Shown here piece after piece: positions 52,585 to 62,992 of a stretch of DNA of 64,000 nucleotides. The notes under the pieces were generated by a model. It worked only from the letters and a program-made list of their open reading frames with translations. It had not been told where the DNA came from and searched no databases. A program made the position numbers and the translations under genes. The DNA lies in contig CAVSGI010000020.1 in assembly GCA_963727445.1 (NCBI GenBank), positions 288,001 to 352,000 on the forward strand, written 5' to 3'. Source of the stretch: an uncultured delta proteobacterium. Its GTDB lineage: Bacteria; Myxococcota_A; Polyangia; Polyangiales; B10-G4. Within the stretch, counting starts at the first letter, position 1. Each line of letters opens with the position of its first letter.

Positions 52585-53697
52585 TCAGCGCACCGGCACG
52601 TAGTACCCGGTCGCGTGCAGCGTCGCGTCGGGCGCGTTCGCGTCGAAGGCCAGGTCGAGGGTCTCGCCCTCGCGCAGCACGAAGGGCTCACCGTCGGCGA
52701 GGCAGTACGCCGGCCGCGGCGAGGCGCCGGTGCAGCTCCGCGGCGGAATGCGAATGTCGTCGACCATCAGGTAGAGCTCGTCGACGTACGTCACCTCGGG
52801 CTTCTCCTCGCTGAGCCGAATGCGCAGCGGGCCCGCCACCGGGCTCCCGACCACCAGGTCTTGCGCGGCGTACGCGCGGCTGCCCCGGAGGTTCCGGAGG
52901 ATCTCGCCCACCCTCTCCGCTCCGCCGCTCTCGTCCACGCGGTAGACGAAAGGGCACGCCGCGAGGTGGTCGCAGTTCTGCACCCGGCCGGTGTTGCGGC
53001 GGCTGTGCTCCATCAAGTGCGAGCCCTCGAGGGTCAGCGTCACCCGCTGGCGCGGGGCGCGCGCCGGCTGGCCGAGGCGCTCGCACGCCGCCCAGCCGTC
53101 CTCGTCGTAGCTCACGGTTCCGTCGCCGCTGAAGATCAGGGGCTGGACGCCGTAGGACCCGACCGTGATGTCGAGGACGCGGCGCAGGCCGCTCTCCCCG
53201 TCCGGCAGGAAGACCTGATAGCGGTTGGGCGGATCCTCGTCCTCGGCGATGGGCAGCGCCAGAAGCACTGCGCGGGTGGGCCCGCGCCGGTCGAAGACCA
53301 CCGTGCTCAGCGACGCCTGCCTTCGCCAGTAGTCGCCGAACTCCCAGACCTCGGCGCGCCCGCGGCGCTCGCCCGCTTCGAGGGTGCCGTCCTCGCGCAG
53401 CACGAGATGCTCGTCGCCCCGCTCGCCGTCGATGTCTCCGTCGCCTTCGACCAGGATCGGCGCCGTGCTGGCGGGGACCGTCGCGACCTCCGCGACCTCC
53501 GTCTCGGCCTCGACTTCCCCGGCCCCCTCGCCCTCCGCGGACGCGGGCCCCTCCACCGGTTCGGATTGCTCCTCCAGCGTCGCGGGCGCCTCCGGTGCGC
53601 TCGTCGCCGCTGGAGCGGTGGCCCCGGGATCCGGCGTCGACGAGCTGCATGCACTGATCAGGGCGCCCAGGATGGCCCCGAGACACGTCGTCTGCAT
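52585..53697 (-). CDS. Hypothetical lipoprotein
   Basis: SD-like GGAGAGG; lipobox ISAC; acidic linker; C-terminal domain starting ACPFVY. Confidence 0.75.
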   Translation of the reverse strand: MQTTCLGAILGALISACSSSTPDPGATAPAATSAPEAPATLEEQSEPVEGPASAEGEGAGEVEAETEVAEVATVPASTAPILVEGDGDIDGERGDEHLVLREDGTLEAGERRGRAEVWEFGDYWRRQASLSTVVFDRRGPTRAVLLALPIAEDEDPPNRYQVFLPDGESGLRRVLDITVGSYGVQPLIFSGDGTVSYDEDGWAACERLGQPARAPRQRVTLTLEGSHLMEHSRRNTGRVQNCDHLAACPFVYRVDESGGAERVGEILRNLRGSRAYAAQDLVVGSPVAGPLRIRLSEEKPEVTYVDELYLMVDDIRIPPRSCTGASPRPAYCLADGEPFVLREGETLDLAFDANAPDATLHATGYYVPVR

Positions 53698-53778
53698 CGT
53701 CCTCTCCCCAACCCCCAGCGGCCCCCCGAGTATTCCCATCCGCCACCCCTTGCTGTCCACGGGTTAGCATCGCCGCCC

Positions 53779-55203
53779 ATGAAGGCCCTGAAGGAGCTCC
53801 CCGGCCGCCTCGCGCTGCTCTCGCGGAGCCCGCGTCTGGTCGCCATCCTGGCGGTGGGCTTCATCCTCCTCACGGTGGTGCTCCTCGTCCTCGGGCTGCG
53901 CACGCCGACCTTCGACCTGTCGATGACCGCTGGCGCGAGCGAGGGACGGCGCGCCCAGATCGCGGAGCACCTGGTCGACGAATGCGAGCGCCGTGGGGTC
54001 CACGTCAGGCTCCACGAGACCTTCGGCTCCGAGGAGGCGCTGGCGGAGGTCGGCAAGGGCGACCTCGACGTGGCGCTGGTGCAGGGCGGTCTCGACGCGC
54101 CGCGTTCCGTGCGCGAGGTCGCGCCGCTGATGCTGGAGATGCTCCACCTGCTGGTGCACCCCGAGGTGCCCGTCGTGAAGCTCGAAGATCTCCGCGTCCG
54201 GCGCGTGAACCTCTCGCCCCGCGGCAGCGGCACTCACACCCTGGCCCTGCAGGTGCTCTCCCTCGCGGGGCTGCGCCCTGGGCGCGACTTCGAGGAGTCG
54301 AACCTCACCTACGAGCAACTCCTCGAGCTTCCGCGGGAGCGGCTCCCCGACGCCGTCTTCCACGTCTCCTCGCTCCCCTCGCCCGTCGCCGACTATCTGG
54401 TCGACCATCACGGCTATCGCTTGATCGACGTGCCGGTCGCCCAGGCCCTCGCCCTGCGCAACCCGTCGATCCGCGAGGCCACCATCCCCGCCTATGCCTA
54501 CGGCCCGGGTGTGCCCGCGGCGCCCATCACCACCGTGGCCACCCGCATGCTCTTCGTGGCCCACGACAGCGTCGACCCCCAGGCGGTGCGGCGCCTGGTG
54601 GAGGCGGTGTACTCGGACCGCTTCGAGCGGAGCGCGATGCTGCCCGTGCACGACGGCGAGTCGCTCCTCGCCCATCCCGAGTACGAGCTGCACGAGGGGA
54701 CGACGCAGTACCTGCGGCGACACGAGCGCCTGTTGACCCCGGAGACCATCGACAACCTCGAGAGCCTCCGCAGCTTCTTCGTCTCGTTCGCGGTCGCGAT
54801 CTTCCTCGCGTGGCGGTGGTTTCGCGCCCGCCAGCTGCAGGGCTTCGACGACTACATCAAGCGCGTCAACGACCTCGAGAAGCGCATCATGCGCTTCGAG
54901 CGAAGGGCGTCCCTCGACATCGATGGGCTGCTGGCTTTGAGACGGGAGCTGCAGCGCGTCAAAGTGCGGGGCCTCGAGGCTTACGCCGGGGGGCGCATGG
55001 CGTCGGCGGAGCTGCTCTCGAGCTTCCTGCTCCACATCAACGACGTCCGCGATCAAGTCGACGATCTGCTGCTCCACGCCCGCGAGCGCCTCGAGAAGAA
55101 GGCTCGCCGCACTGGCGACATCGAGAACGAGGACGCGCTCGTGGAAGAGCTCTGGGGTGCGGCCCACGCCAACGATGGCGAGGACGACTCGACGCTCGGA
55201 TGA
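53779..55203 (+). CDS. TAXI-family solute-binding domain protein flanked by two TM helices, with cytoplasmic helical tail
   Basis: ETFGSEEAL, LDVALVQGG, EMLHLLV, DLRVRRVNL..RGSGT, LHEGT..Y. The track ORF is over-extended; ATG at 53779. Confidence 0.82.
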   Translation: MKALKELPGRLALLSRSPRLVAILAVGFILLTVVLLVLGLRTPTFDLSMTAGASEGRRAQIAEHLVDECERRGVHVRLHETFGSEEALAEVGKGDLDVALVQGGLDAPRSVREVAPLMLEMLHLLVHPEVPVVKLEDLRVRRVNLSPRGSGTHTLALQVLSLAGLRPGRDFEESNLTYEQLLELPRERLPDAVFHVSSLPSPVADYLVDHHGYRLIDVPVAQALALRNPSIREATIPAYAYGPGVPAAPITTVATRMLFVAHDSVDPQAVRRLVEAVYSDRFERSAMLPVHDGESLLAHPEYELHEGTTQYLRRHERLLTPETIDNLESLRSFFVSFAVAIFLAWRWFRARQLQGFDDYIKRVNDLEKRIMRFERRASLDIDGLLALRRELQRVKVRGLEAYAGGRMASAELLSSFLLHINDVRDQVDDLLLHARERLEKKARRTGDIENEDALVEELWGAAHANDGEDDSTLG

Positions 55204-55212
55204 GAGCGCGGC

Positions 55213-55504
55213 TCAGGCCGGCTTGCCGCCGCTGTGGCCGACCTCGCCGATCCGCTTCTCGAGGATCACGGCGTCGCCCACACCGCTGATTCTCGTCGGG
55301 CGCGATAGACACGGTCTGAGTGCCCATCATCGGCCTCTTCAGGCTCATCTCCGTGAGAACCTCGCGGCGCAACTTCACGTCGAGACCGGCGACGCGCCAG
55401 CTTCCGTCGTCGAACTCGACGGCCTCGACGTCGCCCAGTGCCCTTCCGTCCTGGGAGTAGACGGTCTTGCCTCGGAGCTCGCGGCTCGAGACGACGTTCG
55501 CCAC
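55213..55504 (-). CDS. PRC-barrel domain protein; 1 apparent frameshift near 55291
   Basis: SRELRGKTVYSQDGRALGDVEAVEFD..WRVAGL; after the shift ISGVGDAVIL. Confidence 0.8.
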
Positions 55505-55505
55505 G

Positions 55506-55916
55506 TCAGCTGTCCGGGTTGATGACCTTGCGGATCACCACCACGTCGCTCGGCGAGACGGGCGCGGCGGTTCGCTCGCCGGTGATGATGAGCGTGAAAC
55601 GACCCTGGGGCGTGGTCGCGGTCGCGCGACCGGTGCGGTCGTCTTCGTCGAATTCGAGCATGGCCTCGCGCTGTGGCTGCTGGTTGTTGGGCTGAAGCCA
55701 CATGGTGTAGTTCTTGATGCCCTGCCCGAGGCGGGCGGGCGGCGGAAGGTGCTCGAGCTCGACCTTCACGATGTACGAGCCCTCGATCTTCTCGACGGTC
55801 ACTTTGCCGTCGGCCCCCGCGGCGCGGGAGGTCCCTGCGAGGGCGTACTCTGCGGGGCCGCAAGCGGCGAGAAGCGGCAACAGAGCAGCCAGTCCGACGA
55901 AGAGCCAATTCTTCAT
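55506..55916 (-). CDS. Hypothetical lipoprotein
   Basis: AAGGAG SD; lipobox LAAC. Confidence 0.75.
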   Translation of the reverse strand: MKNWLFVGLAALLPLLAACGPAEYALAGTSRAAGADGKVTVEKIEGSYIVKVELEHLPPPARLGQGIKNYTMWLQPNNQQPQREAMLEFDEDDRTGRATATTPQGRFTLIITGERTAAPVSPSDVVVIRKVINPDS

Positions 55917-55987
55917 GAGAGTCTCCTTCACGCCGTGGATGGTAACCACGGAAGCACGAGAGTTGGAAGGGCGTAGAATCCGGCCCC

Positions 55988-57016
55988 ATGAGCATCGACC
56001 TCCGCTCGGACACCGTCACGCAGCCCACGGCGGAAATGCGCGCCGCCATGGCGGAAGCCCTGGTCGGTGACGACGTCTACGGCGAAGATCCGTCAGCGCG
56101 CGCGCTGGAGGAAAAGACCGCCGAGCTCCTGGGGAAAGAGGCGGCGCTCTTCGTTCCGTCGGGGACGATGGCGAATCAGATCGCCATGCAGCTCCACTGC
56201 CGACCGGGCGAAGAGGTGATCATCGGCGAAAAGGCGCACGTCTTTCACTACGAGTGTGGTGCGGGCGGCGCTTACGCCGGCATACAGTTCCTCCCCGTCG
56301 GTCGTGGCGGGCTCTTCGACGTGGAGGACGTGGTCCAGGCGATCAAACCGGATCACTACTACCTCGCACCGACTCGCCTGGTGGCGATCGAGAACACGCA
56401 CAACGTTTCGGGTGGGCGGATCTTTCCGCAGTCCGCGATCGACCGAATCGCGATCCTCGCACGCGAGCGCGGGCTCGGCCTGCACCTCGACGGCGCGCGC
56501 CTCTGGAACGCCGCCGTCGCCACCGGCAAGAGCCCGGCCGAGCTCGCCGCGCCCTTCGACACCGTCAGCGTCTGCTTCTCGAAGGGGCTGGGCGCGCCGG
56601 TGGGCTCGGCGCTGGTGGGGCCGGCGGCGCTGATCGACGTCCGCGCCCGGCGGATTCGTCGCATGTTCGGCGGCGCCATGCGCCAGGTGGGCTTCCTCTG
56701 TGCCGCGGCGGCCTTCGCGCTCGACCACCACCGCGCGCGTCTCTCCATCGACCACGAAAATGCGGCTCACCTCGCGAGAGGGCTCGCCGCGATAGACGGC
56801 CTCGCCTGCGACGCCTCGGCCGTGGAGACCAACATCGTCGGCTTCGAGGTGGAGGCGGGCGATGCGTCGGCCTTCGTTCGGCGGGCGGCCGACGAGGGCG
56901 TGCTCCTGGGTGCCCTCGACGATCGCCGCGTCCGAGCGGTCACACACCTGGGGGTAGGGCGCGCCGAGATCGAGCGCGCGGCTCACGCACTGGGCGAGGC
57001 GGTGGGCAAAGGATGA
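55988..57016 (+). CDS. ltaE: Low-specificity L-threonine aldolase
   Basis: [48 protein letters not shown]. Confidence 0.93.
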   Translation: MSIDLRSDTVTQPTAEMRAAMAEALVGDDVYGEDPSARALEEKTAELLGKEAALFVPSGTMANQIAMQLHCRPGEEVIIGEKAHVFHYECGAGGAYAGIQFLPVGRGGLFDVEDVVQAIKPDHYYLAPTRLVAIENTHNVSGGRIFPQSAIDRIAILARERGLGLHLDGARLWNAAVATGKSPAELAAPFDTVSVCFSKGLGAPVGSALVGPAALIDVRARRIRRMFGGAMRQVGFLCAAAAFALDHHRARLSIDHENAAHLARGLAAIDGLACDASAVETNIVGFEVEAGDASAFVRRAADEGVLLGALDDRRVRAVTHLGVGRAEIERAAHALGEAVGKG

Positions 57017-58047
57017 GCCTTTCGCGCGCCTCGCTTCTCTTGCTCGTGCTCCTGGCGGGGTGCATCCCCACGCTCTCGAAGCAGCGGGGCGCGGAGCACA
57101 TGCGCGCCCTCGAACGCGGCGACCGGCTCACGGCCGAGGACGATTACGATGGCGCGGCCGCGGCATACGCGCGCGCGGCGAACGCGGCAGAGCGGCGCGT
57201 CGACCGAGAAGAGGCTCTCTACCGCCGCGCGCGCGTCCTTCGGAGCGGCGGACATCTGGAGGAAGCCGTCCAGGTCCTCGACCAGATCGCCGGCACCGAG
57301 CCGGTGAGTCGAAACACCGTGCGTGCGCTCTACGACGCCTCCCGAATCCGACTCGAGGCGGGCGAGCACGATGCGGGGATCGCTGGCTTGATGAAGGTCG
57401 TGCGCGAACATCCCAATCACGGCAACGCCGACCATGCGTTGCGGATCGTCTCCGAGGACGCCGAGGCGCGAGGCGGCGCCGCGGCGCGCCGGCACCTGCT
57501 GCAGAGCCTCGACCCCGTCCTCACCGACAGCGAGCTCCACGACGATCTCCTCTTCGATCTGGCCGACCTCGAGCTCGCCGCCGGCAACCGTGAACAGGGG
57601 CGCCGTCTGTTGTTGCGGGTGGTGGAGGAGCACCCGTATCCGCAGGGAAATCGTTGGGACGAAGCGCTGACGCGCCTGGCAGATCTGGCCGAGCAGGACG
57701 GCGATCCGGCGGCCGCCATCGGGTATCTCGAGGCGCTCACCCTGCGCCACGAGTCGACCTGGTCGCCCGGGAGCTACACCCGGCCTTCCATGCCCCGCGC
57801 CCAGCTTCGCATCGCGCGGCTGGAGCGCGCGCGAGGCGAGCTGGACCGCGCCGAACGCGCTTACCGTCGACTCTACGACGAGTACCCGACATCGACGCTT
57901 CGGGATGACGCGCTCTACGAGCTGGGCGACCTCGAGCGGCGGCGTGGCCATCTATCGGCGGCGTGTGCGCTCTACCGGCAGGTGGTCGAGGAGTTCGAGG
58001 TCGGCCACGCCCGGCGGGAATCGGAGCGCCGGCTCAGAGACTGCTGA
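57013..58047 (+). CDS. TPR lipoprotein (BamD/CpoB-like repeats)
   Basis: ATG overlaps the ltaE stop; lipobox LAGC; repeats such as [18 protein letters not shown]. Confidence 0.8.
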   Translation: MSLSRASLLLLVLLAGCIPTLSKQRGAEHMRALERGDRLTAEDDYDGAAAAYARAANAAERRVDREEALYRRARVLRSGGHLEEAVQVLDQIAGTEPVSRNTVRALYDASRIRLEAGEHDAGIAGLMKVVREHPNHGNADHALRIVSEDAEARGGAAARRHLLQSLDPVLTDSELHDDLLFDLADLELAAGNREQGRRLLLRVVEEHPYPQGNRWDEALTRLADLAEQDGDPAAAIGYLEALTLRHESTWSPGSYTRPSMPRAQLRIARLERARGELDRAERAYRRLYDEYPTSTLRDDALYELGDLERRRGHLSAACALYRQVVEEFEVGHARRESERRLRDC

Positions 58048-58058
58048 ACGATGACGGC

Positions 58059-58466
58059 TCAGATCTCTTCGTCGGGAGGGATGTCGTCATCATCCGCGCC
58101 GAAGTCGTCGTCGTCGTCGCTCGCATCATCCTCGTCGTCGTCGTCGTCATCGATTTCTTCGTCCTCATCCTCGTCGTCGTCCAGATCGGCGAGGTGATAC
58201 TTGAAGTCGATGCTGGCGTCCGCGAGCTGCCCCTCGAGCAGCTCGAAGAGCTCGTCGAGATCTTCGAGTGACCATTCGTCGAGGACGTCCGACACGAAGT
58301 CGTAGAAGTCGGCCGCGTCGATACGACGCTCGATCTCTTCGATCTGCTCGTCCGAGAACGCGTTGATGATGTCCTCACGCAGGGTCTCGGTGTCCCCTTC
58401 GTCTATCGCGTCGGCTGCCGAGAGGCGAATCTGCCGCACGGCCCGCTTGTCCAGTCGGATCTCCAT
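58059..58466 (-). CDS. Highly acidic hypothetical protein
   Basis: 135 aa, 59 of them D/E (about 44%). Confidence 0.8.
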   Translation of the reverse strand: MEIRLDKRAVRQIRLSAADAIDEGDTETLREDIINAFSDEQIEEIERRIDAADFYDFVSDVLDEWSLEDLDELFELLEGQLADASIDFKYHLADLDDDEDEDEEIDDDDDDEDDASDDDDDFGADDDDIPPDEEI

Positions 58467-58570
58467 CGAGTCACTGCTCCAGAAGCAAAACCTGGCGCGT
58501 TCTATGGCGGACTTCCGCGCCTGTCAACGGGAGGAAAGTCCAGGCACAATTGGCTTGTCAAGCTCAGGTG

Positions 58571-59227
58571 ATGCGAGACTCCCGTCAGACGATGCTCCGC
58601 ACGCAGACGCTCTCGGCGCTCCTCATCGCCATGGTCGTGCTCGTGACGGGGCGCGCCGGCGCGCAGCAACGCTTCGAGCCGCCTCCAGAGCCCGACGACC
58701 TCCCAGCGGTGGTCACAGGGACGGTCTGGTTCTCGGCGGTCTTCCCCCTGGTCAACGAGCACAGCTGCCCGGCGTCCGCGGACTGCGTCCTGGGCGGCGG
58801 CGGCGGGATCGGCGGCGGTATCGAGCGGCGCTGGCCCGCCGGCTTCTCCGTCGGGCTGGAGTACGAGGCGTGGTTTTTGAACAGCGCCGGCATCTACGAG
58901 CTGGGCATCATGCAGGCGCTGTCGGCCTACGCGCGCTACCAGCTCCTTCGCGACAACGTCATTCATCCCTACATCGGTGCAGGCATCGGCGGCGTGATCT
59001 TCGGCGACACGCTCCGGGTCGACACCGTGGGGCTGGCCCTCAATCTGCTGACGGGGGTCGAGTGGGAGGTGAGCACGACGGTCTCGGTCGTGCTGGCCCT
59101 CGTCGGCCGCCTGGTGACGCTGGACGCCTTCACCACCGATGCGGACGGCGTTGCGCGGGCCGACGGATTCGGGGTGGATGCCTTCCTGGGGCTTCGACTG
59201 GGGGTCGCCATCAGCGGGGGCCCCTAG
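58571..59227 (+). CDS. Putative small outer-membrane beta-barrel protein
   Basis: Signal peptide; alternating amphipathic strands (FSVGLEYEAW, HPYIGAGIGG, FLGLRLGVAI). Confidence 0.65.
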   Translation: MRDSRQTMLRTQTLSALLIAMVVLVTGRAGAQQRFEPPPEPDDLPAVVTGTVWFSAVFPLVNEHSCPASADCVLGGGGGIGGGIERRWPAGFSVGLEYEAWFLNSAGIYELGIMQALSAYARYQLLRDNVIHPYIGAGIGGVIFGDTLRVDTVGLALNLLTGVEWEVSTTVSVVLALVGRLVTLDAFTTDADGVARADGFGVDAFLGLRLGVAISGGP

Positions 59228-59347
59228 AAAATTTGCCCCGGTCGCGGGGCTCGGGCCCTCCCCCTGCCTCCCAGCCTCGCTTTGTCTCGTATTGTCGGGG
59301 CCTTTCGCTTGACTGGCTCGGCGCTCACGGGTTCTCCTCTGCGCAGC

Positions 59348-60628
59348 ATGCGCTGCGGAAGCTGCGGTTTCGAAAATCCCGCCGGGAGCGTCTACTGCCA
59401 GCAGTGCGGGACCCGGGTGGTGGAGCCGACGAAAGGAGCGGTTTCACCAGCGGCGGCGCCAGCGAACGCAGACCCCGGAGCAGGAGGGCAGAACCCATGC
59501 TCGCGCTGTGGTCACGACAACGCGCCCCACATGCGTTTCTGCGTCCAGTGCGGCAACGGGCTCTCGCCGCCCGTCAAGGAGGCGAGCCCGCCCGCGGCGG
59601 AGCCCGAAGCGAAGAGCGCGCCGGTGCCTGCGCCTGCCAGCGGGGACGCGCGCGCGTGCTGGCGCTGCCGCGGCGTCGGTGATCCAGGCAGTGAGTTCTG
59701 CAAGTTTTGCGGTGCGCGATATGCGGACGCGCCCGCCGGCGCCGCGCACGGAGGCAACGGCGCGGCGGTGTCCTCGCCCCTGGCGCCGGAGTCGACCGCG
59801 CCGGCGAAACGCTCCGAGGAGCCGGTGGCCGGGGCGCCCGTGCCCGCTGCCGCGTCTGCGTCTGTGTCTGCGCCTGCGCCGCAGCCAGCGCCCGGAGCTC
59901 AGCCCGCGCCGGAACGGCAGGGCTTCGCGACGGTCCTCGAGGCGGGGCCGAACGTCACCGAGAGCGAGGCGCGCCTGGTCGCGATCCTCAAGGATGGCTC
60001 CGATGGCCGGGTCTACCCGCTGACCGGTTCGCAGGTGGACATCGGCAGCCGTGAAGGCGACGTCATCCTGGGCGACGATCCCTATCTCTCACCGCGCCAC
60101 GCCCGGCTCCTGCAGCGTGACGGTGGCTGGTCGCTTCTCGACCTCGACAGCGTCAACGGTATCTTCCTCCGGATCCGAGAGCCCGAGGATCTGACCGACG
60201 GTGATATGATTCTCATCGGCCAGCAGGTCATACGCTTCGAGCTGCTCCCCGACGGGGAGCTGCCTCTGGGCCCCGCGAGCCTGTCGGGGGTGCTCGTCTT
60301 CGGAACGCCAGAAGTCCCTCGGATCGCGCGGCTTTTGCAGTACACCACCGAAGGAGTGGGACGGGACGTGCATTACCTGTATCGTGACGAAACGGTGCTG
60401 GGGCGGGAGAATGGTGACATCGTCTTCACCGACGACCCCTTCCTGTCCCGCCGTCACGCTGCGATCAACATCGACCGCGCACAGAAGCGCTACGTCTTGA
60501 AGGACCTCGGCTCCTCGAATGGCACCTCCCTCCGTTTCCGGGGGGAACGCAAGCTCCGACCGGGCGACCAGTTCCGCATCGGCCGTCACCTCTTCCGCTT
60601 CGACCAACGCGGAGGCCGGGCCTCATGA
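59348..60628 (+). CDS. Triple zinc-ribbon plus double FHA domain protein
   Basis: CxxC..CxxC three times; FHA motifs IGS..LSPRHA..SVNGIF and LGR..LSRRHA..SSNGT. Confidence 0.9.
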   Translation: MRCGSCGFENPAGSVYCQQCGTRVVEPTKGAVSPAAAPANADPGAGGQNPCSRCGHDNAPHMRFCVQCGNGLSPPVKEASPPAAEPEAKSAPVPAPASGDARACWRCRGVGDPGSEFCKFCGARYADAPAGAAHGGNGAAVSSPLAPESTAPAKRSEEPVAGAPVPAAASASVSAPAPQPAPGAQPAPERQGFATVLEAGPNVTESEARLVAILKDGSDGRVYPLTGSQVDIGSREGDVILGDDPYLSPRHARLLQRDGGWSLLDLDSVNGIFLRIREPEDLTDGDMILIGQQVIRFELLPDGELPLGPASLSGVLVFGTPEVPRIARLLQYTTEGVGRDVHYLYRDETVLGRENGDIVFTDDPFLSRRHAAINIDRAQKRYVLKDLGSSNGTSLRFRGERKLRPGDQFRIGRHLFRFDQRGGRAS

Positions 60629-62982
60629 GCGGTACCGAACGGGAATCCAACCCGCCGGGCGGCGAGGAGCAGAGCGCGACGCGCGACCCCGATCTCGACA
60701 ACACGCTCCCGGACGGCGGCCCGGGCGAGCCGGAAGCGGCGAAGAGCGACGGCGAGGAGAAGGTGAAGCCGCAGCTCAAGCGGACGATGATGGGCATCGA
60801 TCCGGACGCGGCGAAGAAGCTCAAGGAGCTCGCCGCCGCCGCGGACGCCGCCCGCGTCGAAGCCAAGGCCCGCCGGGACGCCGCGAAGCAGGCGGCCAAG
60901 GAGCCCGCCCAGGCTGCGTCGGCCGAAGAGACCGACGAGGACGAGGACGAGGAAGAAGAGGAAGACGCCTTCGCAGCCTCGACCGAGATGGTCGACCCCG
61001 AGGAGCAGCGGAAGCTGATCGCGAAGGCGACGGGGGGGGCGATATCGGAGGACGCGTCGGAGTCGGAGGACGCGGACGAGGACGCGGACGAATCCGAGGA
61101 CGAATCCGAGGACGAGAGCGAGGGCGAGGGCGAGTCCGACGAATCCGAGGACGAGGACGAGGACGAGAGCGACGAATCCGAGGACGAGAGCGGGAGCGAG
61201 AGCGACGAATCCGAGGACGAGAGCGGGAGCGAGAGCGACGAATCCGAGGCCGAGCAGAAGGGCGAAGCCGGCGAGGCCAGCGGGGAAGAAGAAGAGGAAG
61301 ACGAAGAGGAAGAGGAAGAGGACGAAGAAGAAGAGGACGAGGAAGAAGCCGGGATCATCGTCCGCTACTACGGTCGCACCGACGTCGGGCTCATCCGCGA
61401 GCACAACGAGGACAACTTCACGGTCGTCGACGTCGGCCGAGACGTCCGGGGGGTCGAACCGGGGGAGATCCGCACGGCGCCTGTCGGTGCACGTGGGGCC
61501 GTCTTCGCTGTCTGCGACGGGATGGGCGGCGCCGCCGCTGGCGAAGTGGCCAGTCAGATGGCCGTCGATACCGTCTACGAATACTTCAGCGTGATGGGGG
61601 TCCCCAAGACGCGGGACCACTTCGCGCAGCGCGTCACCACCGCCATCGAAGAGGCGGGCAATCGGATCTTCAGCGCCGCCAAGATGGATCGTTCGCGCCG
61701 CGGCATGGGCACCACGGCGACCGTCGCCGGGCTCATCGACAAGGTGCTCTTCGTGGGGCAGGTGGGGGACAGCAGGGCCTACCTCTTGCGTGACGGCGAG
61801 CTCGGGCTGATCACCAAGGACCAGTCCCTGGTCAACCAGCTGATCGAGGCCGGGCAGCTCACCGAGGAAGAAGCCGAGGCCTTCGAACACTCCAACATCA
61901 TTCTTCAGGCGCTGGGGACGACCGAAGAGGTGACGGTCGATCTCACGTTCATCGAGCTCCGGCGCGGCGACCGGTTGATGATGTGCTCCGACGGGCTCTC
62001 GGGCCTCGTGCACCAGGAGACGATCAAGGACACCCTCTCCGAGCAGAAGGATCTGGTCGCCTGCTGCAACAGGCTCATCGAGCAGGCCAACGCTGGCGGG
62101 GGGCACGACAACATCACGGTGGTCTGCGTCGACTTCGACGGCGAAGACCTCGAAGAGCCGGAGCCCGGCAACAAGCCGATGTACGTGCAGTACCCGCTGC
62201 CCCCCGGGCTCGAAGAGGAGCGCGAGTCGCTGGTTCCCTCCGAGCCGCAGATGAAGGCGGGCGGGCGCAAGCCGGGGGCCGACGTCAAGCGCGCCGCCGA
62301 CGACACCCCGGCCGGACGGCCCCACGCCAAGGCCGCCGAGCAGCCCGGCATCAACTGGAGCGTCGTGCTCGGCGCGCTCGTGCTCGCGACGATCATCACC
62401 GCGGTGGTGCTCGCGATGCGCGACGACGACGAATCGCAGAATCGGCAGGACAGCCCGTCGCACGATCCGACGACCACCGCCCCGGCGCAGCCCGACCCCG
62501 AGCACGTGGTGGTGGAGGAGTCTGCAGACGTCGAGGTGCGCATCCGTACAGACATCGACGGCGAGCTCTTCATCGATGGTGAGCGCTTCGGGCCCATCGC
62601 CGACGGCGACCAGCTCCTGGTGATGCTCCCGCCCGGCGCTTATCGCTTCGAGGCGATGAGCGGCGACGACGTGGTCGCCGAAGAGGTCGTGGTGGTGCGC
62701 GAAGGCGCCCCCGTGGACATCTCCCTCAACCTTCCATCAGGCGCCGTCGACGCGATCGACGGCACGGGCGAGGAGGGCGACGAAGAGGGAGCCCAGACGT
62801 CGCCCGAGCCGCCGCCTCGCCAGCCGCCGCCCCGCGAGCCGCCGCCCCGCGAGCCCGCGCCCCGCCAGCCGCCGCCGCGCGAGCCGCCGGAAGAGGAGGC
62901 TGTGCAGGCGAGCCCCACCATGATGAGCGCGCCGGCGACGATGACGCCCGCGCTCACCATGGAACCGGCCGAGTCGCCCTGA
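60625..62982 (+). CDS. PP2C (Stp1-type) Ser/Thr phosphatase with long acidic N-terminal region, TM helix and extracytoplasmic domain
   Basis: TDVGLIREHNED, VCDGMGG, GMGTT, VGDSRAY, CSDGL, GGHDNIT; ATG overlaps the upstream stop. Confidence 0.93.
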   Translation: MSGTERESNPPGGEEQSATRDPDLDNTLPDGGPGEPEAAKSDGEEKVKPQLKRTMMGIDPDAAKKLKELAAAADAARVEAKARRDAAKQAAKEPAQAASAEETDEDEDEEEEEDAFAASTEMVDPEEQRKLIAKATGGAISEDASESEDADEDADESEDESEDESEGEGESDESEDEDEDESDESEDESGSESDESEDESGSESDESEAEQKGEAGEASGEEEEEDEEEEEEDEEEEDEEEAGIIVRYYGRTDVGLIREHNEDNFTVVDVGRDVRGVEPGEIRTAPVGARGAVFAVCDGMGGAAAGEVASQMAVDTVYEYFSVMGVPKTRDHFAQRVTTAIEEAGNRIFSAAKMDRSRRGMGTTATVAGLIDKVLFVGQVGDSRAYLLRDGELGLITKDQSLVNQLIEAGQLTEEEAEAFEHSNIILQALGTTEEVTVDLTFIELRRGDRLMMCSDGLSGLVHQETIKDTLSEQKDLVACCNRLIEQANAGGGHDNITVVCVDFDGEDLEEPEPGNKPMYVQYPLPPGLEEERESLVPSEPQMKAGGRKPGADVKRAADDTPAGRPHAKAAEQPGINWSVVLGALVLATIITAVVLAMRDDDESQNRQDSPSHDPTTTAPAQPDPEHVVVEESADVEVRIRTDIDGELFIDGERFGPIADGDQLLVMLPPGAYRFEAMSGDDVVAEEVVVVREGAPVDISLNLPSGAVDAIDGTGEEGDEEGAQTSPEPPPRQPPPREPPPREPAPRQPPPREPPEEEAVQASPTMMSAPATMTPALTMEPAESP
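61171..61249 (+). repeat. 33-bp tandem duplication (DESEDESGSES x2 plus partial) in the acidic tract
   Basis: GACGAATCCGAGGACGAGAGCGGGAGCGAGAGC at 61171 and 61204, partial at 61237. Confidence 0.9.
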
Positions 62983-62992
62983 CCAGAGCGCG

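Noticed and set aside
52615..53778. N-terminal extension of the 862-aa track ORF onto the TAXI protein
   Set aside because: Antisense to the 52585-53697 lipoprotein; ATG 53779 has a -10 box and is followed by a TM helix.
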